Positions 13,135 to 26,300 of a stretch of DNA of 64,000 bases are shown piece after piece (position 1 is the stretch's first letter; each line of letters begins with the position of its first letter). Source of the stretch: Lytechinus pictus. Its lineage: Eukaryota. The DNA lies in contig NC_087251.1 in NCBI RefSeq assembly GCF_037042905.1, positions 1,862,001 through 1,926,000 on the forward strand, in the 5' to 3' direction. The notes below the pieces were generated by a model, which did no database searches, was not told the origin of the DNA, and worked only from the letters and a program-made list of their open reading frames with translations. The position numbers were made by a program, and so were the translations under genes.

Positions 13135-14354
13135 AAATAGAAATAAAATACCTTGCATTCCAAAATATAATCAGATACATTATTTCATACATGCTCTTTA
13201 AAAACATCATATTATGAAGTAATGTAAATCTTTGTGAACCATTAAAATGCCAACGATTTCTTTCTCTTAATAGGGGCTAATTTTCCGTGCTTTTTTATGT
13301 TGTACTGTCATATCTGAGATAATTCTGCCCCTCTCTTGCATTTTGTGTCCTATGTTTTGATTATAATAAAGATGTTGAAGAGATATGATAAAATACATAG
13401 AAATACCAAGAAGTGGTTTTTATAGGTTTTTGGTTCTAATTACATTGTTGATACTGAAATATAGAAATTATTTTGTTTATGAATTAATGAGTTAATAATA
13501 AAGTGAATATAAACGTAGAATGGGACTAAGATATGTGTATTCAGACAAACTTGAGTCGAATGACACAGGTGATAACTGGGGTCTATAGATATTATTATGA
13601 TCATAGGGTAAAACCAGGCTTATAATATTACTTAATTAAGACATTAATTCATTCTTACATACCAAACTTATTTGATTTAATCTATATTCTATAAGCAGTT
13701 GGTGTACTTATCAGATAGCCGAATACCACAAGGGTTAAACCTATTTGGTCTACTATTGATTTGGCTGTATTGTTGTTTTGCCTATACTACACTATACTGC
13801 ACTTGATTTTGAGTACTCTCTTTGTTCAATTCTCATTTAGTCTTATTCCTAAATGGTGCTATTTCCATTTCCACTGCTAATTATTTTTGTGCAATTTGTC
13901 AAATGAAAATTTGATCCATATGTACCGTATAGACTAAATATATATAGTGTTAGATCAAGCGGACATTAGACGAAATGACAATTACGCCAGATGTTTATTA
14001 GACGAACTGGTTGTATATAATATATACTAGTATAAGACCTTGTGGGATGAGTAGAAACTGAAAGTAGACGAAGCGGGTTTAGAACAAATGGCAATTGCCA
14101 CATTCTCGATTCCTTTGGAAACCCTCTACGGTGAGACATTAATTAAAAAAAAAAAATCACATTTGCCAGATCAACATTTAGTATCACATCATACTTATCC
14201 GTTCAAAACATGGATGCGAAGCAATAGAAGAACAACGCGTTACCTGTTGGACGTCATAATTCCAGCATCTAATGTCGTCTCAACTTATAGGGCACGAATC
14301 AAAAATCTAATGTATATTTTCATAATCCTTCCTGGCAGTTTCTTCCATTTCATT

Positions 14355-17300
14355 TCATTGATTTGTGTTTATTCTTTCCAAAAGGAATAAATGTCCCAGC
14401 TCGTCTACTGTGATGAATGAAGAAAACTGGGGATTGCACATAATTTGTTTTACACGGCTACTCAGCCGAAATCTCTGCAATAGCACCAGATTTCCTTCTT
14501 CCTCTGTTCTCCACCACTCAATATAACCATGATCCTAAAATGAGAATTATAGGGAAGGTAAAGAAATAAAGTAAGGAACCTGAATTTCAGTTTCGTAATG
14601 ACCTACTCATACAGGAGGACATGGAAGAAAATGAAATTGTTATAATCACTGAAAATGTAGGCCTAATTGAATTTTGTTGCAGAATAATTAGTTTGGTATT
14701 ATTTGTAGGTAATGTTGCAGTTTGTAGGTGATGTTAAAGTTTCTACTCCCAACTCCTTGGTTGCAGAATGGTTTAATGACATGACACAGAACGAAGAGGG
14801 CATGTTTCATTACCGTTGTCACCATCACTAATGGCATCAACATCACACATCGTCATCACCATTCAAGGAATTCATTCTTGTTGGTACCCAATAATGCCTG
14901 GGTCGAATCAGTGCGAGTATTGGTTAAGATATGTCTTATATCCCCATAATTAATTCTTAAAAGTAAAATCTGAATTCTCTTACAAAGGTTCTAACGTGTC
15001 CCGTCGTAACAAACATTGACCCATCTGATGAAACCTGGATGTTATTCACTTGAGTGTAACTCTTTCTCATGCATTTCGTCTTACCATCTCTCGCCGATCT
15101 TGCCTGCAGAAAAATGAGAATAATAATGTGATAAACTTTACTGGCCTATTCCCACTTTCTCCTTTTCATTTTTACTTTACTTTTTTTAAAACGATGACAA
15201 TGAATTGATAATAAATGGAGACTTAACGACATCCGCACCAAAAACCACAGATAAACAGGGGCTGAATCAAGATATTTTTATGGAGAAGATTTTCAACATT
15301 TTCAAGGTCCCAGGAAATAGTTGAACATAATAAAGAAAGGGAATGCAGAGCGGTAAAAAATGAAGAGAAAATTAAGGCATAAGTTAAGTTAATGGAGGTT
15401 TGATCTGTGATATGACACTGAAGGTTGATGTATCACATTTTTTAAAATCTCTTTTCCTGTACATTGTTTTTTAATTACTTTTTGTTGCATTTCCGTGTGT
15501 TATTACACGATATAATCAATGGGTTGTGGTCGGTCGCCCAATCTCATCTACGTGTCACACTGTATAGTTACCAAACTGATAATAATGTTGATACTAAACT
15601 ATATGAGTAAATAATGAAGTTATAATAGTATTCACCTTTAATATACCCCCGGTCACAGTTAATATCATGGTGGAATCCATAATAAACTTTGCAATCGTAA
15701 TAGGCATCTCGTCTGTGATACTGCTTAACTCTTGCAGGGTACTTACGTCATGAACCTAAAGTTTAAAAAGAAAGCACAAAAATACATTCCAATGAATAGC
15801 TATCCCATTTACAGTTCCAATTTATAGATATCATCTAATAGGTAAAACGCAATTGAAAACAAGTGAAAGGAGAAACAAATATATGCATATTAAACGGATG
15901 ACTTCCTTGAAGAATGACTAGTATGGATTTTATAGAATACCGTAGTTTTCACAGTACATGTATAGTAATACCGCAGGGTGTTGGTGGTTAATGATACAAT
16001 AATCTATAAGGAATAAAATTACTTTTACTCGCGTTATGTCTTTGTATCCTTCATGTTTCCTTTCATTTTTCTTTCTCCATATCTTTCGCATTGAACATTT
16101 GAATAAATACTAAGTATTATCATTATCATCATTGTTTTTACCTTAAGATGTTTCCAGCCAGCTAGTAGTAATAGTTTTCCATCTGATGAAAACTGTGCAT
16201 GGCTCACCCGACTTGCTGGACCCTGCAAGCGGGTTGGCTCTCCTTCACATAGCCTCCCATCAGACATCTATCAACAATGAATATATAAATATTTCAAATA
16301 AAAATCAGTGAAAAATTATGGATGACACGTCAAATGATGTCTGGCAATGTTTATTTATATGATAGTAAAACAAAATTGACAATAATAATATTTAGATCAT
16401 TTTCCGCCAACAAATGACATGGTCTTTGAATCTGTAATATTTTAAATATACCTTCACAGCACAACAGTATATCGAAGTATTCGAATTATAATTTATCTGT
16501 TTACACGACATGTGTACACTACATGACCCGTTTGCCATAAAATTTCCCCACTAATTTGTTCCCCTCTATTACCATTTACAAATTTGAATTCTTTCAATTC
16601 CTTTTCATATTTCTATCCGTGTTGGGGACATAGTTTGACTTCAAACATATTATATATAACTATTAAGCGATGATATAATTAATATGAATGTAACCTTGTA
16701 CAGAAAAGCAGTTCCATCAGAGCAGCCAACAACAAGATTTGTTTGATCACGTGATAAATCGGCAGAGAGACCCTGATGTGATGTCACTAGGGGACTGCTG
16801 GAAACCACTGATGGTTGTTTATCCGTTGACCTAACCTGATATTTTTTAAAGAAAAAAATATCAACATGCAATAATTAATATCTTAGTGATCAACGATTGA
16901 CTGTTTGGACTGAGTTCAATAAAGGTACACATAAGTAGTGAGAGTGAGGAAGAAAGAACGTAACCAATGTATTAAGCGGGCAACCTATTTGGAATACATT
17001 TAAAGTGAATAGTGAAAGACATATTGATGACTAGTGGTTGATGATGGATAATGCATCTCACTCGCCACCCACTGGTCATCCATTTATCATTGCCTCGTCA
17101 CCCACTGGTCATCCCTTAATCTCCCACTAGTCACCCACTGGTCATCCAGTTACCTCTCGTCATTCACTTCTCATCCATTTATATATCTCTCTCGCCACAC
17201 ACTGGTTACCCATTTATCTCTCATCACCCATTGGTCATCTATTTATCTCTCATCACCCAATGGTCATCCATTTATCTCTCGTCACCCAATGGTCATCCAT

Positions 17301-20300
17301 TTATCTCTCGTCACCCACTGGTCATCCATTTATCTCTCGTCACCCACTGGTCATCCATTTATCTCTGCCTCGCCAAGCACTGGTCATCCATTTATCTCTC
17401 ATTCGTCACCCAGTGTTCATCCATTTATCTCTCTCGTCATCAACTGAACATCCATTTATTTCTGCCTCGTCACCAACTGGTCATCCTTTATTCTCCCACT
17501 CGTCACCCACCGGTCGTCCCTTTATCTCTCACTCGTCACCCACTGGTCATCCATTTATCACTAGTCACCAACTGGTCATCCATTTCTTTTGTCACTCGTC
17601 AACCACTAGTCATCCATTTTCTTTCACTATCCACTTATTCCAAATAGGTCGCTCGCTTAATAATTTGGTTACGGTCCCCCCCCCATATCACTCTCACTCC
17701 TTGTGTGTTGATCACTGAGATATTTATTATGCATGTTGATGTTTATAGGCTGCTTTTTCTCTCCTGTTTGACGAGTGATAGATAAATGGATTACCAGAGG
17801 GTAACAAGGTAGAGATAAATGGATGATCAATGGGTGACGAGTGAGAGATAAATGGAAGACCACCGGATGACGAGTCAGAGAAGAATCGATGACGAGTGAG
17901 AGAAGAATATTCAGTGGGTGAAGATAAATAAATGGATGACCAGTGGGTGACGAGAGATAAGTGGATGACAAGAGGGTGACGAGTGAGAGAAGAATGTTGA
18001 GTGGGTGACGAGTGAGTGAAGAATGTTCAGTGGGTGAACAGAAATAAATGATGACCAGTGGGTGACGAGTGAGAGAAGAATTGATGACCAGTGGGTGACG
18101 AATGAGAGAGGAATGTTCAGTGGGTGACGAGAGGGAGAAAAATAGATGACCAGTGGGTGACGAGAAATAAGTGGATGACCAGTGGGTGACGAGAGATAAG
18201 TGGATGAAAAGTGGGTGACGTGTGAGAGAAGAATGTTCAGTTGGTGACGAGTGAGTGAAGAATGTTCAGTGGGTGAACAGAAATAAATGATGACCAGTTG
18301 GTGACGAGTAAGAGAAGAATATTCAGTGGGTGAAGAGAAACAAATGATGACCAGTGGGTGACGAGTGAGAGAAGAATTGATGACCAGTGGGTGACGAATG
18401 AGAGAGGAATGTTCAGTGGGTGACGAGAGAGAGAAAAATAGATGACCAGTGGGTGACGAGAAATAAGTGGATGACCAGTGGGTGACGAGAGATAAGTGGA
18501 TGAAAAGTGGGTGACTTGTGAGAGAAGAATTTTCAGTTGGTGACGAGTGAGTGAAGAATGTTCAGTGGGTGAACAGAAATAAATGATGACCAGTGGATGA
18601 CGAGTAAGAGAAGAATATTCAGTGGGTGAAGAGAAATAAATGATGACCAGTGGGTGACGAGTGAGAGAAGAATTGATGACCAGTGGGTGACGAATGAGAG
18701 AGGAATGTTCAGTGGGTGACGAGAGAGAGAAAAATAGATGACCAGTGGGTGACGAGAGATAAATGGATGACCAATGAATGACGAGAGATAAATGGATGAC
18801 CAATGGGTGACGAGGGATAAATGGATGACCAGTGGTGACGAGAGGTAAATGGATGACCAGTGGGTGACGAGAGATAAATGGATGACCAATGGGTGACGAG
18901 GGATAAATGGATGACCAGTGGTGACGAGAGGTAAATAGATGACCAGTGGGTGACGAGAAATAAGTGGATGACCAGTGGGTGACGAGAGATAAGTGGATGA
19001 AAAGTGGGTGACGTGTGAGAAAAGAATTGATGACCAGAGGGTGACGAGAGATAAATGGATGACCAATGGGTGACGAGAGATAAATGGATGACCAATGAGT
19101 GACGAGAGGTAAATGGATGACCAGTGGGTGACGAGAGATAAATGGATGACCAATGGGTGACAAGAGATAAATGGATGACCAGTGGGTGACGAGATATAAA
19201 TGGATGACCAATGGGTGACGAGAGGTAAATGGATGACCAGTGGTAACGAGAGATAAATGGATGACCAGTGTGCGACGAGGGTTAAATGGATGACCAGTGG
19301 GTGACAAGGGAGATGGCGAGTGAGAGAAGAATGGGTTACCAGTGGGTGACGAGAGATAAATGGATGACCAGTAGGTGACGAGGAATAAACGGATGACCAG
19401 TTGGTGACAATGGATAAATGGATGACCAATTGGTGATAAGAGATAATTGGATGATCAGTGGATGACGAGAGATAATTGGATTATCATTTAGAGACGAGGG
19501 ATAAATGGGTGACCAGTGGGCGATGAGTCAGAGAACAATTGATGACCAGAGGGGGACAAGTGAGAGAAGAATGTTCAGTGGGTGAAGAGAATTAAGTGAT
19601 GGCAAGTGGGTGACGAGAGATAAATGGATGTTCTGTGGATGACGAAGGAAAGAAGAATGGATGACCAATGGGTATACGAGAGAAAAATTGAAAACCAGTG
19701 GGTGATGAGAGATAAATGGATAACCAGTGGGTGACGAGAGGTAAATGGATAACCAGTGGGTGACGAGAGGTAAATGGATGACCAGTGTGCAACGAGGGAT
19801 AAATGGATGACAAGTGGGTGACAAGAGATAAATGGATAACCAATGGGTGACGAGAGAAAAATTGATAACCAGTGGGTGATGAGAGATAAATGGATGACCA
19901 GTTAGTGACGAGAGGTAATTTGATGATCAGTGGGTGACGAGGGATAAATTGATGATCAGTTGGTTACGAGAGAGAAAGAGATAAATTGATAATCAGGGGT
20001 GACGAGTGAGAAAAGAATGGATGACCAGTGGGTGACGAGGGGTAAAGTGATGACCAATTGTCGAAGAGTGATCGAAAATTCATGACGAATGGCTGGCGAG
20101 TAAGAAATGAATGCTTGAACCAGTAATGAAACAAAATGGATGAAGAGTGAGTGGTGAGTGAAAGATAAATAGTTCACGAATTGATTTTGATTGAGAGATA
20201 AATGATTCAACAGTGACCAAAGAGACGGGTTGAATGAATTTTCAGTGAAATAAAAGCGGGGGAGGAAAAAAGTAGACAAATAGCTTTTTTTATATAATCA

Positions 20301-23300
20301 ATAATATTAAAAAGGCAAATGTAAGTACGCTATGTACCCGCAAAAATCTGTGAAGTGAAATAGCAATATGTATTCATAATCTTAAACAATACTTATCCTT
20401 GACAACGTGAAAGATAAGACATGTATGCAAAGTGGATTTCACATTATCAAAAAACGACTACCATGTTACTAGGTCTTTAGAAAAGAAATGTTCTTCTATT
20501 AAACTAAGCAAGCGGTTGTATGACTATTATTGTTATCATATTTAGTAACTATCTTACCTCAATGCATATCCCTGATCCAGTGGAGACCGTAAGAAGTTCT
20601 CGCTTAACAGTAGTCCGAGCAAGTAAAATCTTGTTTTCTGATGGCTCAAAGACTTGACAATCATTCGTCGATTTGCTACGATTTTTACCCGGTTTCGGAA
20701 GATTTATAACCTGAAGTATTCAAAGATTGTTAATAACAATTGCGATAGTTTTATATGTCACAGTCACACAAAAAAGGTACGATCAATAGTATGTCATTGA
20801 AAATAACGTATTAGCTTTGATCGGTCTAAAATGGGTTTCCTTGTGGTGACTGCGACATTGATCATAGATAAAACGAATTTTAATATAAATAATAAAGAAA
20901 CAGTACAGAAAATACAACCCCTCATTACATTGTCATCACTCTATCACCACTAACACCTAAGATGCAATAACCACACATGGTCCATTATAGGCACACAAAG
21001 TTAGTATTTTTCATTTGTCAAAAATGCTAGACATGCTTTTATACCCAGTGTTGCAGTCAAGGCTCAAACCATCAATGCCAAGGCTAGGGCTCAGGCCAAA
21101 TTTTTGAAAATGCCCAGGGCCAAGGCATGGACACCGAAGGCCAACGGCAAATCATTTGAAAATAGGCCTTAAATCGCATACAGAAAAAGGCCGAGCATCA
21201 AGGCACTACAACACTCGTCATATCGAAGGCAATGTCTTAATTAAATGAAAATTAACACTTCTACACGAAACTCTTTAATAGCACATTCAGCATTTACTCT
21301 ATTAATGATAGTGACAGATAATATTGAAATCGTATATAATCTACATGCCGTACCTGTAAGCCTTCATCTGTTACCACACCAACCTGTCCTGGTGCTTGGT
21401 TGATATCAATGTCATATATATCCACTTTCTCTCCTACCTTCACTACTTTGGTGCAGGAATCAAAGCAATTTTTCTCCTCCGAGAAATTCACCATCTTATA
21501 TAAAAAATGAATAAATAAAAATCAAGTACACATTTTCTTTGGCTATTTAAATCGAGATGGATAAATCACTAGTTTATACATAACACATGAGATTTGACAC
21601 ATTCGTCGTATAATCTGAACATGTATATAAATTATTAAGCAGATATGACTTACAGCGTAATACTTTGCGTCGCAGGAGACTGTATGAGACTGTATGGGTG
21701 ATATAGATAAACGGGTTCTAGGACAACTACCCCCTGGATAATCACCCCCGGACAACTACCCCCCGGACAATTACCCCCCCCCCGAGGACAATTACCCCCC
21801 GGACAATTACCCCCCGAGGACAATTATCCCCCCGACAATTACCCCCGGACAATTACCCCCGGACAATTACCCCCGGACAATTACCCCCCGGACAACTACC
21901 CCCGGACAACTACCCCCCCCCCCAGACAACTACCCCCCAGCCAACTACCCCCGGACAATTACCCCCCAGACAATTACCTTCAGAAAATCCCCCCTTCTCT
22001 CCAGCATCAATGTTAGAATTAAGCGGGACCCATTGTAAGTTTTGGTCGGTGGCACAGGTTTCCGAAATATTTTCTCCTTTATCTTAAGTTAATAACTTTT
22101 TTTCTTTCTCTTTTATATTGCTCTTTCTCCTGTTCTCTCACTTTCTTCTTTTTTCCTTTTTTGTTTTTGTTTAGCGGCGCCTTCTGCATCATGAAAAATG
22201 GGGGGGGGGGGGGCTTGCACTGAAACCTCCCGTTTGGCTATGCATATATACATCAGAAAATTTGTAAACTGGCCCTCATTCTAAGTTTTCATAGAACAAT
22301 TGAACACGATTAGTCATAATAATCACAAATGCTGAATATCTCTGATTCCAACTGATCTGATTTTTTTAAATATTTATTTTGGGTTTAATTTCAGGTAATA
22401 AATCAGGCAAATAGATAAAAAAGACACCTTTATAGGTAGAAATATTGAAAGTCGATAACGCAACTATCAACACTAACACTGTCAAGTAGACCACTAAATC
22501 TGTTATTTTAAAACAGTTCAACTAACAAGAAGCTAAGAATTATGAAACAATTGGTGCACATTCCAGATTAAGATGTGGCTTTATAACTTAATACAGTAAG
22601 CTAAAAAACTTTATGCAAAGATAATACACACAAGAACACCTTGTAAATTACAAGGTGTTTTTGTGTGTATTATTCTTGGGTGAAAACAATTAAACATTAA
22701 AGTAGGAAATTAAGTACCAAATTTACTAAATTGTAAACAATATGACATAATCAAATACAGTGTTTTTTCTATACAAATTGGCAATCATGATAGTATACAA
22801 TTTTTGTCTAGGGGGTAATTGTCCAGGGGGTAGTCGTCCGGGGGGTAGTTGTCCGGGGGGGGGGGGGTAATTGTCCGGGGGTAGTTGTCCGGGGGGTAAT
22901 TGTCCGGGGGGTAATTGTCCAGGGGGTAATTGTCCGGGGGGTAGTTGTCCAGGGGTAGTTGTCCGGGGGGTAATTGTCCGGGGGGTAATTGTCCCGGGGG
23001 TAGTTGTCCGGGAGAAATTGTCCGGGGGATAGTTGTCCGGGGGGTAGTTGTCCGGGGGTAATTGTCCAGGGGGTAATTGTCCGGGGGGTAATTGTCCGGG
23101 GGGTAATTATCCGGGGGTAATTGTCCGAGGGGTAATTGTCCGGGGGGTAATTATCCTCGGGGGTAATTGTCCTCGGGGGGTAGTTGTCCTCGGGGGGTAG
23201 TTGTCCTCAGGGGGTAATTGTCCGGGGGGGTAATTGTCCGGGGGGTAATTGTCCTCGGGGGTAATTGTCCGGGGGGTAGTTGTCCGGGGGGTGATTGTCC

Positions 23301-26300
23301 AGGGGGTAGTTGTCCTGATACCAGCTAAACGTACATGTGCTAATTACCACTATATACATACTCATTAATGGTAATAAAGATAAACAACCAGTATCCATCC
23401 CCAAAGTTACTTAAATGCATTAAAATATTACCTACTAGTCATTCGACACGGATATGCATTGACTCATGCACTAAAACAACACCCAGGAAGTGCAGTCCTA
23501 AATGAACGGGACATTTACTTTGACCTTTTCTAAATTCATATGAAAAAATGTAGATCCTTGCGATAAAATACACTTACCACTATCTGTTTGGATTCAGGAC
23601 TTTCGCTACCAACGATGCAATTTAATTCTCCTTTGTGGTCAAAGGAAGCATCCCAGATTGCGTAATTCATAATAACAGGTGGATCATGTTTTAATATCTT
23701 CCACACCTGTAGGAATGAAAATTAGTAGTCTGTTCGTAAAAAGAATATTCATCAGATTGGTAATTATTGATAAATGTATATAAATAAATTAAAAACATAA
23801 ATAAAACTTACCATTATTTGATTAACTTGTGGCGGCTGGCTTACATTTGCGGACTGAAAGATATTTTGACAAAGATGTCAACACTATGGATCATATGGTG
23901 TCATAGTTTAGTAATCTATTTAATTTCCAATCATACGGTGTGACATGATAAATCTATGATAAATCTGATAAAAAATACTCCATAACACCTGTGTTACTTG
24001 GAATTGGCCCCGCAGCTATTAGAAGAAAAAAATTGCTGTTTTATTTCAGACCTATCTCTGTACAGTTCCATTTAAGTCCTTATTTCGGTTTTGGTATCGT
24101 TACGTTCCTTTTCCTTCCTTAAGGATGGAAAAGTAATGTAATGACAATTTTTTTCTTTCTTGTGCGTACTCTTTTCCAATAGAAGTAGAAGATATCCCTA
24201 TCTAAAACTACGTGAGAGAGAACACGCTATATTAATTATTTCCGTTTAAAAGGGATAATAAAAAAGGATAATAAATAACGCCATATAACGGTGTTATGTT
24301 GGAAATCAAAACTGATCTTGAACAGATATAATTGATTTCGCTAATATTACAATAATAAAACACAACAACATGACGTTAGTTGAGAAAGGAGCGAGTATTA
24401 CCGGTGTTAGTCCACATTCTAGTGTTAAAACATAACGGGAGTTGAGAAAGGAGCGAGTATTACCGGTGTTAGTCCACATTCTAGTGTTAAAACATAACGT
24501 GAGTTGAGAAAGGAGCGAGTATTACCGGTGTTAGTCCACATTCTAGTACTAAAACATAACGTGAGTTGAGAAAGGAGCGAGTATTACCGGTGTTAGTCCA
24601 CATTCTAGTACTAAAACATAACGTGAGTTGAGAAAGGAGCGAGTATTACCGGTGTTAGTCCACATTCTAGTGTTAAAACATAACGTGAGTTGAGAAAGGA
24701 GCGAGTATTACCGGTGTTAGTCCACATTCTAGTACTAAAACATAACGTGAGTTGAGAAAGGAGCGAGTATTACCGGTGTTAGTCCACATTCTAGTGTTAA
24801 AACATAACGGGAGTTGAGAAAGGAGCGAGTATTACCGGTGTTAGTCCACATTCTAGTGTTAAAACATAACGTGAGTTGAGAAAGGAGCTAGTATTACCGG
24901 TGTTAGTCCACATTCTAGTACTAAAACATAACGTGAGTTGAGAAAGGAGCGAGTATTACCGGTGTTAGTCCACATTCTAGTACTAAAACATAACGTGAGT
25001 TGAGAAAGGAGCGAGCATTACCGGTGTTAGTCCACATTCTAGTGTTAAAACATAACGGGAGTTGAGAAAGGAGCGAGTATTACCGGTGTTAGTCCACATT
25101 CTAGTACTAAAACATAACGTGAGTTGAGAAAGGAGCGAGTATTACCGGTGTTAGTCCACATTCTAGTGTTAAAACATAACGTGAGTTGAGAAAGGAGCGA
25201 GTATTACCGGTGTTAGTCCACATTCTAGTGTTAAAACATAACGTTAGTTGAGAAAGGAGCGAGTATTACCGGTGTTAGTCCACATTCTAGTGTTAAAACA
25301 TAACGTGAGTTGAGAAAGGAGCGAGTATTACCGGTGTTAGTCCACATTCTAGTACTAAAACATAACGTGAGTTGAGAAAGGAGCGAGTATTACCGGTGTT
25401 AGTCCACATTCTAGTACTAAAACATAACGTGAGTTGAGAAAAGGAGCGAGTATTACCGGTGTTAGTCCACATTCTAGTGTGGTTGTTACGAATATCGATT
25501 CTTTACTTCCTTTCTCTCCTTTTATTGTTGAAATGGAAGCATGATTGATACCACGATGAACTCCTCCTGTCCTAAACCGGCAGAATAACGACAGATTCCG
25601 TGATATTGGGAACGTCATTCCCAATCGAAGAATCTGGGAAAAGGGAGTTTGAAAGGGAAAGGGAATTTTAATACAAGTTTCTGAAGGCAAATTTCACACA
25701 AATTATCAATCTTTGTGTATGTCCACCCAGCCCCCCCCCCCCCCCCGTTTTCTCTTTTCTTACTTTACTTCATCAGTCGTGTTCATTTTAGAAAATTAAT
25801 AATTTTTAGTATTGAAAAAAAAAAATCACTTTTGTAAGGTCATACATATCATGCACATAGAGAGGGGTGGGGGGCGGACGGAAATAAAATATGGACACAG
25901 AGACCCAGAAACTCAGTTACGTGTTTTACCCTACGAGGTATTATATCATGACTTTGTACGTATGAACAATCAAACCTTGAATTGAGCAATATATTTTAAA
26001 ATCATCATAAAATGAATGTATAGAGTTAAACTATTTATTGAATTTGTGGGCTACTTTGCCTCCTTTTGGGAGCTTACTTGACTTGAAAATGTCCACAAAA
26101 GGGGATAAATGTCTACCTATAATACAAGCTTTAACTTTGATAAAGGTAACTTTAAACATTTCTACCAATCCTTATTCTTTACCGTGATTGTTCCTCCTCG
26201 GCCGGTAACTGCTATGAAATGACCTTCTGATCCTGAACAACAACTCAGTCTATCAAAGAACTCATGCTCGGTCTGACCAGACCATACACATAGTCGACGT

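Noticed and set aside
14355..14534. Suspected frameshift in the last Apaf-1-like exon (pseudogene)
   Set aside because: On re-reading, the frame is intact (CNPQFSSFITVDELGHLFLLERINTNQ*); no disabling lesion was found in any traced exon.
17231..20279. Multiple long ORFs (up to 356 aa; HPLVIHLSLVT repeats)
   Set aside because: All are translations of the 29-bp satellite, open in several frames.
24370..25480. CRISPR-like regular array
   Set aside because: The units are contiguous near-identical 62-mers with no unique spacers, there are no cas genes, and the context is a eukaryotic intron.
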